A DNA stretch of 64,000 bases, taken from positions 32,001 to 96,000 of the forward strand of contig CAWKAR010000019.1 of assembly GCA_963847625.1 (NCBI GenBank). The letters run 5' to 3'. The DNA comes from a candidate division FCPU426 bacterium (GTDB lineage Bacteria; Oederibacteriota; Muellerivitia; Muellerivitales; Muellerivitaceae). The notes beneath the pieces are model-generated. The model made no database searches, was not told the DNA's origin, and saw only the letters and a list, made by a program, of their open reading frames with translations. Within the stretch, counting starts at the first letter, position 1. Every line of letters begins with the position of its first letter. Position numbers and translations under genes: made by a program. Below, piece by piece: positions 23,055-33,045 of the stretch.

Positions 23055-23923
23055 AACCCAAACGCTTTTATGGAAAAGGCCTTCCCAACATAGATCCCGG
23101 CCTTCTCAAAGGAACCCTTATCGTCATTGAGGGTTCCGATGGTGCTGGCCGATCCACCCAGATAGGCTTCCTCCAAAACTGGCTGGAGCGCAGGGGCATC
23201 CCCGTCGTCCTGGTGGGGCTGAAACGCTCCGAACTGGTGGGAGAAGCCCTGGCCGAGGCCATGCAAGGCAATACCCTCAACGCCATCACCTTGAACCTCT
23301 TTTACGCCACCGATTTTGCCGACCAGTTGGAGCGGGTAATCGTGCCGGCGCTGAAGGCGGGTTTCTTGGTCCTGGCCGACCGTTATATCTATACCCTCAT
23401 GGCCCGCGATATTGTCCGGGGTTCCTCCATGGAATGGCTTCGGGAGATTTATGGTTTCGCGGTGGTGCCCGACGCGGTCTTCTACCTGAACGTGAGCCCT
23501 AAAATCCTAGCCGAACGTAATTTCAGCAAACGGGGATTCCTGGACTATTGGGAATCAGGGATGGACATCCAGAGGGTTGGAGGAATGTACGACAATTTCG
23601 TCAAGTACCAGGGCCGGCTGCACAAGGTTTTCCAAAATTTTCAAAGGGAATACGGTTTTTATACCATCCAGGGAAGCCGATCCATGGTTTCCATCGCAAG
23701 AGAAATCCGGAGTCGTGTTGAAAAGATCCTGATGGTCAAGGACCTTGCCGATAAGCCGGTTCCCCAAGCCAAAGAGCCAACACCTAACCCAGTTGAAAAG
23801 GCGGAGAAAACACCTGAAAAAATCCCGGAAAAGACCGCAGAGAAATCTTCCGAAAAACCCGCAACTAAGGTTCTGGAACTCCCGGGAGAAAAAGCCTCCA
23901 CTTCGGAAAAACAAAAAATTTAA
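23051..23923 (+). CDS. Thymidylate-kinase-like protein B with P-loop Lys replaced by Arg and a charged C-terminal tail
   Basis: EGSDGAGRST and LADRY; paralogous to the upstream gene (ATDFAD, E.GMD); ATGA overlap. Confidence 0.85.
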   Translation: MKPKRFYGKGLPNIDPGLLKGTLIVIEGSDGAGRSTQIGFLQNWLERRGIPVVLVGLKRSELVGEALAEAMQGNTLNAITLNLFYATDFADQLERVIVPALKAGFLVLADRYIYTLMARDIVRGSSMEWLREIYGFAVVPDAVFYLNVSPKILAERNFSKRGFLDYWESGMDIQRVGGMYDNFVKYQGRLHKVFQNFQREYGFYTIQGSRSMVSIAREIRSRVEKILMVKDLADKPVPQAKEPTPNPVEKAEKTPEKIPEKTAEKSSEKPATKVLELPGEKASTSEKQKI

Positions 23924-23925
23924 CT

Positions 23926-24980
23926 CCCGAGTTCCATAAGTAAGTGCAACACTTAGTGTCTGAAGAAGGCCGCATGAATAGGATATGCGGCTATGAAAAA
24001 GAAATACAAGCATTTAAGCGTTGAAGAAAGAGATCATTTATCCGTCTTGAAAGGAAAGGGTCTTAGCCTTCGAGCAATTTCACGCGCCTTGAAGAGGTCT
24101 CCTTCCACCCTCTCCAGGGAACTCAAGCGCAATGCTCCCCCTATCCGTTCTGGTTATTATCTTTCTCATCGAGCCCATCAACGGTATGTTGACCGCAACC
24201 AACAACGAGCACGCCGTTTACGCCTGAAAACAAAACGAATTCGTGCCTACGTCCGTCGTCAATTGAAACGAGGCTGGTCTCCAGAACTCATTTCAGGTCG
24301 ATTAGGTCACCTACGGCCTAAGCAAACCATTGGTCCTGAAGCTATCTATCAGTGGGTTTATGCTGAAGCCACTGAGCTGATTCCTTGCCTAGTTCGACAC
24401 CACCGGCGACGATTCTCATTTGGCCATAGCCGTAAGCACGCCAAAAACCATATCCCAGGCCGTGTTTCCATCGATAAGCGCTCCGAGATCGCCAATCAAC
24501 GCAAGCAATTCGGCCATTGGGAAACCGACACCATGGTCTCTCGTCAGAGTAAAGTTGCTATGCGGGCTCTCGTCGAGCGTCAAAGCCGTTTTTCCAAGTT
24601 GGGAAAGCTCAAACGAAAGACCGCTCGCCAAATGAGTCATAGCCTCAACCGCGCTTTATGCCGCTTCCCTCAAGACGCCCGCCTGAGTCTGACCTATGAC
24701 AACGGAACCGAAAACACCAACCACTTGGAAACCAACCACGTGCTTGGTACAAAATCCTTTTTCTGCGCCCCTTTCCACAGTTGGGAAAAAGGTACGGTGG
24801 AAAATACTATCGGTCTTGTCCGCCGCCATTTGCCTAAAAAGACTGATCTTGCTAAAGTGTCCTTCAAAGAATTCAGGACCATAGAAAGATGGCTCAATAA
24901 CAGGCCCAGGAAATGTTTGGGCTTTAAAACTCCGGCGGAAGTCTTCCGGCGAAGTGTTGCACTTACTCCGTGAATTCGGC
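23926..24980 (+). mobile_element. IS30-family element, copy 1 (1055 bp)
   Basis: IRL CCCGAGTTCCATAAGTAAGTGCAACACTT and IRR AAGTGTTGCACTTACTCCGTGAATTCGGC; target duplication ACT at 23923-23925 and 24981-24983. Confidence 0.95.
23993..24973 (+). CDS. IS30-family DDE transposase
   Basis: HTH, GHWETDT, TYDNGTE, WEKGTVEN and LNNRPRKCLGFKTP motifs. Confidence 0.96.
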   Translation: MKKKYKHLSVEERDHLSVLKGKGLSLRAISRALKRSPSTLSRELKRNAPPIRSGYYLSHRAHQRYVDRNQQRARRLRLKTKRIRAYVRRQLKRGWSPELISGRLGHLRPKQTIGPEAIYQWVYAEATELIPCLVRHHRRRFSFGHSRKHAKNHIPGRVSIDKRSEIANQRKQFGHWETDTMVSRQSKVAMRALVERQSRFSKLGKLKRKTARQMSHSLNRALCRFPQDARLSLTYDNGTENTNHLETNHVLGTKSFFCAPFHSWEKGTVENTIGLVRRHLPKKTDLAKVSFKEFRTIERWLNNRPRKCLGFKTPAEVFRRSVALTP

Positions 24981-25087
24981 ACTCAATTAAGTCCGGTGAT
25001 CGCCTCATGGCGTAATATTGGGTAATTTCCGGGAATCGGTCTTGCCATACTTAACTTTTTAATCCATTCCATTCGTTAGAACCCATT

Positions 25088-25612
25088 TTATTTATCCTTT
25101 TCAGAAACGAAACGCACTGAAACTGAGTTGATGCAATACCTCAAACCAGAGGGCTTGGGGCCGTCCTCGAAAACGTGGCCCAAGTGGCCGCCGCACCGGG
25201 GACAATAGATCTCTATCCGTTCCATTCCAAAGGAATGGTCGGGCCGGCTTGCCACATTTTCAGGATAAATGGGTCCGAAAAAGCTGGGCCATCCGGTACC
25301 GGAATCGAATTTGGTGCCCGACACAAAAAGCTCCAACCCGCATCCGGCGCAAACATACAAACCCTTCTCGTGATTGTTCCAATAAAGGCCTGAGCAAGCT
25401 CGTTCGGTCTCATGGCCCCGCAAGACCTTGCACTGCTCGGGTGTCAGGATTTTTTTCCATTCCGAGTCGGTCTTGACCACTTTATCTCCCCTGTACTTGC
25501 CCATATAGCACTCCTTTTCTTTCACAACCAGTTTTTCCTGGGCGATAACAAAAGACAAGGCCGTTACTTGCGCCACGATTAGAACAGCAATCCATCCGAT
25601 CTTCCTCCCCAT
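25088..25612 (-). CDS. msrB: Peptide-methionine (R)-S-oxide reductase with N-terminal export signal
   Basis: KFDSGTGWPSF, GHLGHVFEDGP and RYCINS motifs; two CxxC zinc pairs. Confidence 0.95.
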   Translation of the reverse strand: MGRKIGWIAVLIVAQVTALSFVIAQEKLVVKEKECYMGKYRGDKVVKTDSEWKKILTPEQCKVLRGHETERACSGLYWNNHEKGLYVCAGCGLELFVSGTKFDSGTGWPSFFGPIYPENVASRPDHSFGMERIEIYCPRCGGHLGHVFEDGPKPSGLRYCINSVSVRFVSEKDK

Positions 25613-25807
25613 TTCTATTCCCCTTTTCGCGAAATGACGTCCGGTTAAGGCGATTCTGCCCATTCCACGTAGCACTTAAAACCTTACGAAATGCGGGAGG
25701 GGATTTCCAAGGGTGCGGGAAAAAAATCACGGTTGGATGCTGAAAGATTTGTTAAAAAGACCGAAATAACGCATGATCCAGGGTAATCGGACCAAAATTT
25801 AATAAAA

Positions 25808-27118
25808 TCATTCCCTTCGGCGCACGCCCAGGATTTGGTAGTCGTGCTTCTCAATGGCCTGGGTCATTTTGTCCCGGGTCATCAGGTATAAGGACTTATC
25901 CTTGGGAAGCTCGATGAAAATATAAGCCGTTTGAAAAACCAAACCGCAGAGCAATAGAAATACAAGGATCGGTTTGCCCCACTGGATTTCCCAACCCCGC
26001 TCCCAAATGTATAAGGAATAAAGCATAACTACGGGCATCATTTCACAGTAGGTATTGACGTCCGGACTCTTGGCCGTGCAACAAAGGGAGCCATAAACCA
26101 AAAGGAAAACCGAGGCCAGGAAAAGCCGCATTCCCGCCCAATCACGATGGCTCGACTTTCGGACAATAAGGGACGCGGCCAAAAGGAACATTTGGACGTA
26201 ACCGAAAATCCAAAGTAAAAAACCCGGCCATAGAAAGACGTTTTGGACCAGGTACTGGACCCGATCCATTGTGTTTTCGCCGATGAAACGCGCCGTTTCA
26301 AAGCAGGCCAGGGCCAGAAATTGGGCCAAGAGGGCGAAGAACATGAGGAAGTTGTGGATATTCAAGCTGAAGGAAAGCCCCCAGGCCTCCCGAACCAAAT
26401 GATAATCGGGTTGGAACAAGGTCGGAAGAACCAGGAGCGATAAGGGAAGGGCACCCACTAAGAAGTAAACTATCGCCGGCCATAGACGGTTGGTCTTGCT
26501 TTGCAAGAAGAAAGAAAACAGTACCAAGGGTGCGACCAAAACCCAAGTACGGTGGATCTGAACCCAACCGGAAAGGGAGAAACCCATGAGGGCGTTGGCC
26601 CAGGGCAGGGATATCCACCCCAGGCTCAAGGCCGGCAGGGTTTCCAGGAAAGCCACGAAGAATACGTCAGCCGCCGCGATGGAATAGGACATGTTGTTCA
26701 TGGTGGTGGAATAGTGGAGGAACCAGGGAGCGGTCAGAACCCAAGTAAAAATGAACCAGGGTGGGAGTTTCGGGAGCCGCTTGCAGGCGTACCAGGCCAA
26801 GAAGGCGTGGCCCGCGAGCGCGATTAGGTTTAAAAGGACATAGGGCGATAGGGGCGACGGCCAAATCTTCAGCGGGAGGCCCACCAGCAGGGCTTCTAAG
26901 GCGCCCGGGTCTTGCATCAAAAGTTTCCTGCCCTCGTGCCACATGGAAAATTCATTCCCGTAATAGGGCCAGAGGCCGGTCGCGAAATACTTCAAGCCCA
27001 AAAGATAGGTCTGGATCTCATCGTAGCGGGGTTGGACCGGCTCGACCCAGAGGCCGAAAGCCAGGCGCAGAAAAAAGAGGGGGATGAATAAAAGGGAAAG
27101 CTTCCACCACTTAATCAT
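25808..27118 (-). CDS. Multi-pass membrane protein, putative GT-C glycosyltransferase; paralog of 27143..28486
   Basis: DE motif after TM1 (YDEIQTYLLGLKY...WPYYG); about 10 hydrophobic segments. Confidence 0.6.
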   Translation of the reverse strand: MIKWWKLSLLFIPLFFLRLAFGLWVEPVQPRYDEIQTYLLGLKYFATGLWPYYGNEFSMWHEGRKLLMQDPGALEALLVGLPLKIWPSPLSPYVLLNLIALAGHAFLAWYACKRLPKLPPWFIFTWVLTAPWFLHYSTTMNNMSYSIAAADVFFVAFLETLPALSLGWISLPWANALMGFSLSGWVQIHRTWVLVAPLVLFSFFLQSKTNRLWPAIVYFLVGALPLSLLVLPTLFQPDYHLVREAWGLSFSLNIHNFLMFFALLAQFLALACFETARFIGENTMDRVQYLVQNVFLWPGFLLWIFGYVQMFLLAASLIVRKSSHRDWAGMRLFLASVFLLVYGSLCCTAKSPDVNTYCEMMPVVMLYSLYIWERGWEIQWGKPILVFLLLCGLVFQTAYIFIELPKDKSLYLMTRDKMTQAIEKHDYQILGVRRRE

Positions 27119-27142
27119 AAAACTCCAATCGAAATAGACATG

Positions 27143-28486
27143 TCAATAAAGGGCATAGGGCCGGCGTTCCGCCAAAAAACGGTAATCCTTCCCTTCGATC
27201 GCCTTCTGCATCCGAAGGCGGTACTGGGAATAAACCGAAATACCCCTCTCACTCGTCTTGATGGCATATCCGATCTGGAAATATATACTGGCGATCAGGA
27301 AAACCGCCCCCAGGATCCGCCAGAAACGTTTGCTGGCCAGGAACTCCCAACAGTAGAAAGAATAAATCATGATGACCGGCAGGGCTTCGTAGTATCGGTG
27401 CGAGGATGGCGGCTTCACGGAAAACCAGAAGAGGAAATAAACCCCTAAAATCAAAACCAGGGTCAGGTATTTCACCCTCCCCCAATCAGGCCTTGGATGC
27501 TTCCGCAAAAACCAAAGGAAAAACAAGACTCCCGCCTGGAGAATACCCGCCCCCCAAAGGAAAAATCCGGGTCCGGCCAGCCAGGGGGATTTCAATAAAA
27601 AATCCAGGCGTTCAGGAGTATGTTCGCCCAGGAAGCGCGGCAGTTCAAAACTCGCGAAGGATAACATACGAAAGATTACTATGATCAACGCCAATATGTT
27701 CCCGGTATTTAACGGCGCGGAATAACCATGGAGGTTGCCGACCATCCCAAAGCCATAGACGAAATAAGTCGGCGCCAACAGGGACAGTAAGGGCAAAGCC
27801 CCCAGGCTCCCGAATAGGAGGGCTGACCGGACAGTCCCCGATTTCCATTGAGAATAAAAGGAGTATGCAGTGAACGGCACGAACATCACCCAGGACATAT
27901 GCAATTGCGCGACCCATAAAAAACCGAATCCCATTAAGGCATTGGACAAGGAAAGGGGCAGGATTTTGCGGCTTAATATGGGAACAGACTCCATAAAACC
28001 GATGAAAAACAAGACAGCTCCGACGATGGAATAGGATTGGTTCATGACCTGGGTGGAAAAATGCGTGGTCCAGGGAGCGATGTAAATCCAGGTGAATATG
28101 AACCAGGGCGGGATGCCTGGCGTTCGCCTGCGGCAATACCAGGCGAGGAAGCTCCAGGCGGCGAGGGTCAGGAGGTTGAGAAACAAATAAGGGGATTCTG
28201 CAACCGGCCATATCTTTAAGGGAACGGAAACCAGCAATCCTTGCAGGGCCCCGGCCATTTGGCCTTTGTAAACGGCCCCCCCGCCCTGCATATCCGTCCC
28301 GTAATAGGGCCAGGTTTGAGTGGTGTAGGATTTCAACCCGACCAGGTATGTCTGGACCTCGTCCTCATCCGTGGTAATTGAGGGACAATTGAGGCCGAAG
28401 TAAAAACGGAAAAGGAAAGCGCAAGCGAGGAACATGAAAAACACGAATTTGTTGTTTTTGGAAAAAGAAATTTCTTTAGACTTCAC
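27143..28486 (-). CDS. Multi-pass membrane protein, putative GT-C glycosyltransferase
   Basis: DEDEVQTYLVGLKSY...WPYYG; shares PLKIWP, PWFIFTW and NALMGF with its neighbour. Confidence 0.6.
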   Translation of the reverse strand: MKSKEISFSKNNKFVFFMFLACAFLFRFYFGLNCPSITTDEDEVQTYLVGLKSYTTQTWPYYGTDMQGGGAVYKGQMAGALQGLLVSVPLKIWPVAESPYLFLNLLTLAAWSFLAWYCRRRTPGIPPWFIFTWIYIAPWTTHFSTQVMNQSYSIVGAVLFFIGFMESVPILSRKILPLSLSNALMGFGFLWVAQLHMSWVMFVPFTAYSFYSQWKSGTVRSALLFGSLGALPLLSLLAPTYFVYGFGMVGNLHGYSAPLNTGNILALIIVIFRMLSFASFELPRFLGEHTPERLDFLLKSPWLAGPGFFLWGAGILQAGVLFFLWFLRKHPRPDWGRVKYLTLVLILGVYFLFWFSVKPPSSHRYYEALPVIMIYSFYCWEFLASKRFWRILGAVFLIASIYFQIGYAIKTSERGISVYSQYRLRMQKAIEGKDYRFLAERRPYALY

Positions 28487-30012
28487 TTCGGCTCCCCTCT
28501 CGCCCTTTTATCGGCCAAATCATACAGGTACACACTCGCACCTTGGGCGTGAAACTCATCCCTTTTCCTCCCAATCCCGTCCAAATAATTTAAATAAATG
28601 TTTTCCTCGTTCCCGAAGCAATGCGAGAATAAAAACCAGATCGGATGGTAATCGCGTAACCCCCCGACCTGGGATAGGTATTGCCCGGGATCATCTCTGC
28701 TGTGAATACCTTCGATCACCTGACTACCCTGGAGGCCATAAGAAGGCGCGTAATATTTAAAGGCCGGCAATGAGGCATAGTAAACATAGGTCCAGTCCTC
28801 ATAGGATTTATGCTGACTCAGGTATGACATCACCGGCTTTATTTCCTCCATAAGGATGGGGGGCTGAAAAAGATGGTGGATCGGGCCGTAAAGAAGAAGT
28901 CCCGAAAGCAGAAAAAACATGCTAAAAGCCAACCATTTTCTCAAGCGGACCCGGATCAGGCCGGTATGTAAAGCCTCGATCCCCTCGGCGGCCAAAAGGT
29001 ACACCATCGGAGCCGTGAATAGAAGTAAGCGACCGCTCACCGGATATTTTTTTAGCGCCGACGCCGATAAAACGGCTAGGAACGAAAAAACGAAGCATAA
29101 AAAAAGCCCCCGGTTTTTATGGGAAAAGGACACGCATCCCATCAGTAATAAAACTAGAACCAACGGGCGAAACGCGAAACCCATAGGATCCTGCAGCATT
29201 TGTATGAACGATAAATAAAACCAGCCCAAATCCCGCCAAGGTGGCATGGGCATGAAACCCGACCCCCAATAATCGAGCAAGTTGTTGTTTGCCGCTTCCG
29301 TGCTCAGCAAAGTCCGGAAAAGAATATAAAAATTAACCGCCTGGGCTGACACGATACCGCCAACCAGCAACAACTTCCGCCAATTTTTTTCGGCGAACGC
29401 GTCCATGGCAAAAGCGAGACATATTCCAAAAAATATAAAAAGCGAAGGATGTGACAGCCAAAATAAAACAAGACCGGCCGCTCCAAAATACATCCATTGC
29501 CTGGCTGTCGCATTCGCACCCAGGTATTTCAGCGCCAAGACCGTTAAGGAAACAGTCGCGAGAACATCGCAAGAATATTGTTTGACCTCGGATGAGTAAT
29601 AGATCAATTGTTCCGAAAAAGCGAAAAAACACAAAGCCAACAGGCCGCCGAATCCTCCGGATTCCCCATTAATGACCCGGGTTAAGCTGCGCATCAATAA
29701 AAGCGCCGCGATACCCGCCAATAACGGAAGAAGCCGAAGGATAAAATCCTTGTTTCCAAATAAACCAATGAGGGCTTTTTGAACCAATAAAAATCCGATG
29801 GGCGCGGCTTGGTTGCCGTCCAATGGTCTGAAAAGGCCGGAGAAGGAGCGGACTGTAATATTATTGGAAAGCAAAGCCTCATCCAGCCACAAGGATCGGT
29901 TGACCGCGAATTGCCGGACCCGCAGAAATATTCCAATAAGCACTATGAATAACGACAGGTTATTCACCAGGCGTGAATTCCGTTCGGGGGTTGTGGCTGT
30001 GGGCTCATTCAT
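28483..30012 (-). CDS. GT39/ArnT-like (PMT_2) glycosyltransferase
   Basis: RSLWLDEA, LRLLPLLAG and YYSSEVKQYS motifs. Confidence 0.82.
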   Translation of the reverse strand: MNEPTATTPERNSRLVNNLSLFIVLIGIFLRVRQFAVNRSLWLDEALLSNNITVRSFSGLFRPLDGNQAAPIGFLLVQKALIGLFGNKDFILRLLPLLAGIAALLLMRSLTRVINGESGGFGGLLALCFFAFSEQLIYYSSEVKQYSCDVLATVSLTVLALKYLGANATARQWMYFGAAGLVLFWLSHPSLFIFFGICLAFAMDAFAEKNWRKLLLVGGIVSAQAVNFYILFRTLLSTEAANNNLLDYWGSGFMPMPPWRDLGWFYLSFIQMLQDPMGFAFRPLVLVLLLMGCVSFSHKNRGLFLCFVFSFLAVLSASALKKYPVSGRLLLFTAPMVYLLAAEGIEALHTGLIRVRLRKWLAFSMFFLLSGLLLYGPIHHLFQPPILMEEIKPVMSYLSQHKSYEDWTYVYYASLPAFKYYAPSYGLQGSQVIEGIHSRDDPGQYLSQVGGLRDYHPIWFLFSHCFGNEENIYLNYLDGIGRKRDEFHAQGASVYLYDLADKRARGEPK

Positions 30013-30297
30013 GACAGTACTAATTAAAAAACCCATTAAAATTCATTCATTTTATCTTCAGGATTAATTTTTGACGTGCATAACCGAAAAATTCAGGTCT
30101 CAAGAAACGCCTTTATGATCGTGAAACCAGCTTGGCCCCGTAGTTGGGGCGCATTAACCCGATGCGGGCATCAACCAATTCCATTGGGAAAATTAAATTT
30201 GTGACTCGTGGAGTTTACTCCAAGGAAATCGTCAGCACCACCGTAAAGGTGCTTCCCTTCTCTTCTTTCCTAAAATCCCGTATTCATATTCCCGCCA

Positions 30298-31029
30298 TTA
30301 CCAGTCGCTGCAGCTTCCCCTCAACTCCGAGTAGCTTTCAGGCGTATCGATCTTGGCCTGCTCGTCCGCTAGCGCCTGTCTGAACTGGTCGAATACTGGG
30401 TCAATTACCCCGGAAATAATCTTCCCGATTCTTTCCTTCCCCTCGGCCCAAGAGGCCGTTACCAGCGGATGGGCAGGCGTAGGGATCACGGTGGACCGGG
30501 TCAGGGTATCCCGGAGAATTTTTTGGTACTGGGTGTAAACGTCCCGGTGGATTTCCACGTGCTGTTTCTCGTGCCCCAGGGTTTTTTCGTAGGGACAGCT
30601 TCCCACCTCATAGCCCGAGTTGACATAAACCTTGATGCTGTTGTAGGAGAAATCCACCCTTAAGTTTTCCACCCACATCTTGAATTCATCCTTGAACCAT
30701 TTCTTGGAGCCGCTGAACTCGTAAAGCGCTTCCGTTTTGAAATCCGCGACGGTCAATCCGTAAATATGGTAACGTCCGTCGCTCGCGCCAGTCCCGCTTT
30801 CCAGGCTCTCGATCTGCTGGGTATTCAACTCGTGGGATAGGACCGGCTCCGGGAAACCGAAGAGATATTGGACCGTGGGGCCGGATTCCCCGGCACCGCC
30901 TGTAATCATGTCCCGTGTGACATTTTGGCCCCGGATGGCGCTAGTATCCTTTTGGTAATCGTAATAAAGCCAGCCAAAAAATGATCCCAGGAGAAATATG
31001 ATGAAGAGGATGAATTGCTTGTTGCCCAT
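30298..31029 (-). CDS. Membrane-anchored protein with HExxH, possible Zn-dependent protease (DUF922-like)
   Basis: N-terminal TM segment; LGHEKQHVEIH. Confidence 0.55.
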   Translation of the reverse strand: MGNKQFILFIIFLLGSFFGWLYYDYQKDTSAIRGQNVTRDMITGGAGESGPTVQYLFGFPEPVLSHELNTQQIESLESGTGASDGRYHIYGLTVADFKTEALYEFSGSKKWFKDEFKMWVENLRVDFSYNSIKVYVNSGYEVGSCPYEKTLGHEKQHVEIHRDVYTQYQKILRDTLTRSTVIPTPAHPLVTASWAEGKERIGKIISGVIDPVFDQFRQALADEQAKIDTPESYSELRGSCSDW

Positions 31030-31196
31030 AAGTTAAGCTTACATCAAAATAATTCCTCAACCAAGCTACAGGGACTCGAATATTTCGTTGTCAAGCTTCG
31101 GACTTTGTTGAAAGTTGATCATCCAACGAGGCTGATCCAACCCGATGGAATGATCGGGGATGACGGCTGAAGAACTATACTCCAACGGAAAAAATT

Positions 31197-32165
31197 ATGA
31201 CCGACGAAACCACCCTCAAATCCAAGGTGCCGGCCTCCCACTCCGGCGAGTTACTTTTGGATTATCTCTCCGGCCGCTTTCGCTACAGGACGGTGGAAGA
31301 CTGGCGTGGATCGATCGAATCGGGAAAGGTCACCGTCAACGGGAAAAAAACCGTGCCGGATTGGATCCTCCAAAGCGGGGATTGGGTGGCTTATTGCGTG
31401 GTCCTCCGGGAGCCCCCGGTGGACAAGAACATACCCATCCTCCATGAGGAAGAAACTTTTTTGGTTGTGGATAAGCCGGGCCAGCTACCTTCCCATGCCG
31501 ATGGGAACTTTATCAAAAACACCCTTATTTTTTTGATGCGGGAAAGACTAAAGGCCACGGGGCGGAAGGACAATGTCCATTTGGTCCACCGCTTGGACCG
31601 GGAAACCAGCGGCTTGATGGTGTTGGCCACGGAAAAGGCCTCCCATCTCAATTTGGTGCGCCAATTTGAGAACGGCCAGGTCGAAAAGGAATACCTGGCG
31701 GTGGCGAAAGGGCAGGTGGGCAAGGATAGCTTCCGGGTGGAGGGCGCCATCGCGAGGGATCCAAAAAGCCTGATTTCCATCCGCTATAAGGTGGTTCCTG
31801 AGGGCGACCCCCATTCGAAAACCTCGGCCACGCTTTTCGAAAAAATCAGGGTATACAAGACCGCCACCCTTCTTCGTTGTATTCCAAAATCCGGAAGGAC
31901 CAACCAAATCAGGATCCACCTGGATTCCATCGGCCACACCCTAGTCGGGGACAAACTCTATGGAAGAACGGATGAGGAGTACCTGGCTTTTATCCGCCAT
32001 GTGAAAGCGGGAGGGGATCCGGCTTTTAAAGGTTTCGCCGAAACCCCCCGGCATTTATTACACGCCTCCAAGTTGGGATTCAGGCATCCTTTGAGCGGTG
32101 AAAAACTGTCTTTTGAATCCCCCATCCCCCCGGATATGAAGGAATATTTGGAAAGCTTGGTATAA
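31197..32165 (+). CDS. RluA-family pseudouridine synthase with S4-like domain
   Basis: VDKPG, HRLDRETSG, GRTNQIRIH and GDKLYG motifs. Confidence 0.93.
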   Translation: MTDETTLKSKVPASHSGELLLDYLSGRFRYRTVEDWRGSIESGKVTVNGKKTVPDWILQSGDWVAYCVVLREPPVDKNIPILHEEETFLVVDKPGQLPSHADGNFIKNTLIFLMRERLKATGRKDNVHLVHRLDRETSGLMVLATEKASHLNLVRQFENGQVEKEYLAVAKGQVGKDSFRVEGAIARDPKSLISIRYKVVPEGDPHSKTSATLFEKIRVYKTATLLRCIPKSGRTNQIRIHLDSIGHTLVGDKLYGRTDEEYLAFIRHVKAGGDPAFKGFAETPRHLLHASKLGFRHPLSGEKLSFESPIPPDMKEYLESLV

Positions 32166-32220
32166 ATCGGTTGGGGTCTTTACTGGAACTTTGTTCGAGG
32201 GTGAATCTGGATTTATTGGT

Positions 32221-33045
32221 TCAGGATGCCGTGTGCATCCCGCCCCATAGCTTGATGCCGCCCAATATACCTGCATCGTTGGAAACGGCCTTCATGTTCT
32301 TTTCCAATTTGAAGGCGAGGTGTTGCGCATTGCCGCCGCCGATATAAACCTTGTCATAATTGATCAGGGTTTGGAGGATCTCAAAGGCGCGCCTCACCCG
32401 CTTGTTCCATTTCTTCCGGCCCTTTTCGTGGAGCACTTTGTCCCCGATATATTCGTTATAGGTTTTGCCCTTATAGACGGGATGGTGGGCCAATTCCAGG
32501 TGGGGCATCAACTCGCCGTTTCGGTAAAGAGCCGTTCCAACACCCGTGCCGAGAGTAACAACGAGTTCAAGCCCTTTTCCGCCAATAACCGCAAGGCCCT
32601 GCATGTCCGCATCGTTCAGGAGTTTTACCGGCTTTCCCCATAGTTTTTCGAGGGCCTTGGCCAGCGGGAATACCTTCCAAAACTTTGGCCCTCCCAGGTT
32701 GGGAGCCGTGATGACAAGGCCATTCCGCACCACGCCCGGAAAGCCGACCGATACCCGTTCGAAGGCCGGCAAGGGTTTCACAAGCTTGGCCAACTCCCGC
32801 ACCAACAAACCCGGCGGGCAGGGATCTGGCGTTACCACCCGGACCCGGTCCACCACCATTTTCCCCTTCGCGTCCAGCACCGAGGCCTTCAACCCTGTTC
32901 CACCTATATCGATGGATAGCGTATAGGGCCTCTGTGCCGAGCCCACCTGGCTAGGCACGGGACTAGAGTGTGCCGGTTCCTTGGGGGAACCAGCCCTAGG
33001 CGGACTAGCTTTTTGGGATTCTGAATTTTTCTTAATGTTTTCCAA
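32221..33045 (-). CDS. ppgK: ROK-family kinase, polyphosphate glucokinase-like
   Basis: DIGGTGLKA, VGFPGVV, LNDAD, TLGTGVGTA and YIGGGN motifs; no ROK zinc-Cys motif. Confidence 0.75.
   Translation of the reverse strand: MENIKKNSESQKASPPRAGSPKEPAHSSPVPSQVGSAQRPYTLSIDIGGTGLKASVLDAKGKMVVDRVRVVTPDPCPPGLLVRELAKLVKPLPAFERVSVGFPGVVRNGLVITAPNLGGPKFWKVFPLAKALEKLWGKPVKLLNDADMQGLAVIGGKGLELVVTLGTGVGTALYRNGELMPHLELAHHPVYKGKTYNEYIGDKVLHEKGRKKWNKRVRRAFEILQTLINYDKVYIGGGNAQHLAFKLEKNMKAVSNDAGILGGIKLWGGMHTAS

Noticed and set aside
30120..30260. Short hairpins with CTGACGA on the minus strand (hammerhead-like)
   Set aside because: There is no stem II followed by GAAA, so the catalytic core is incomplete.
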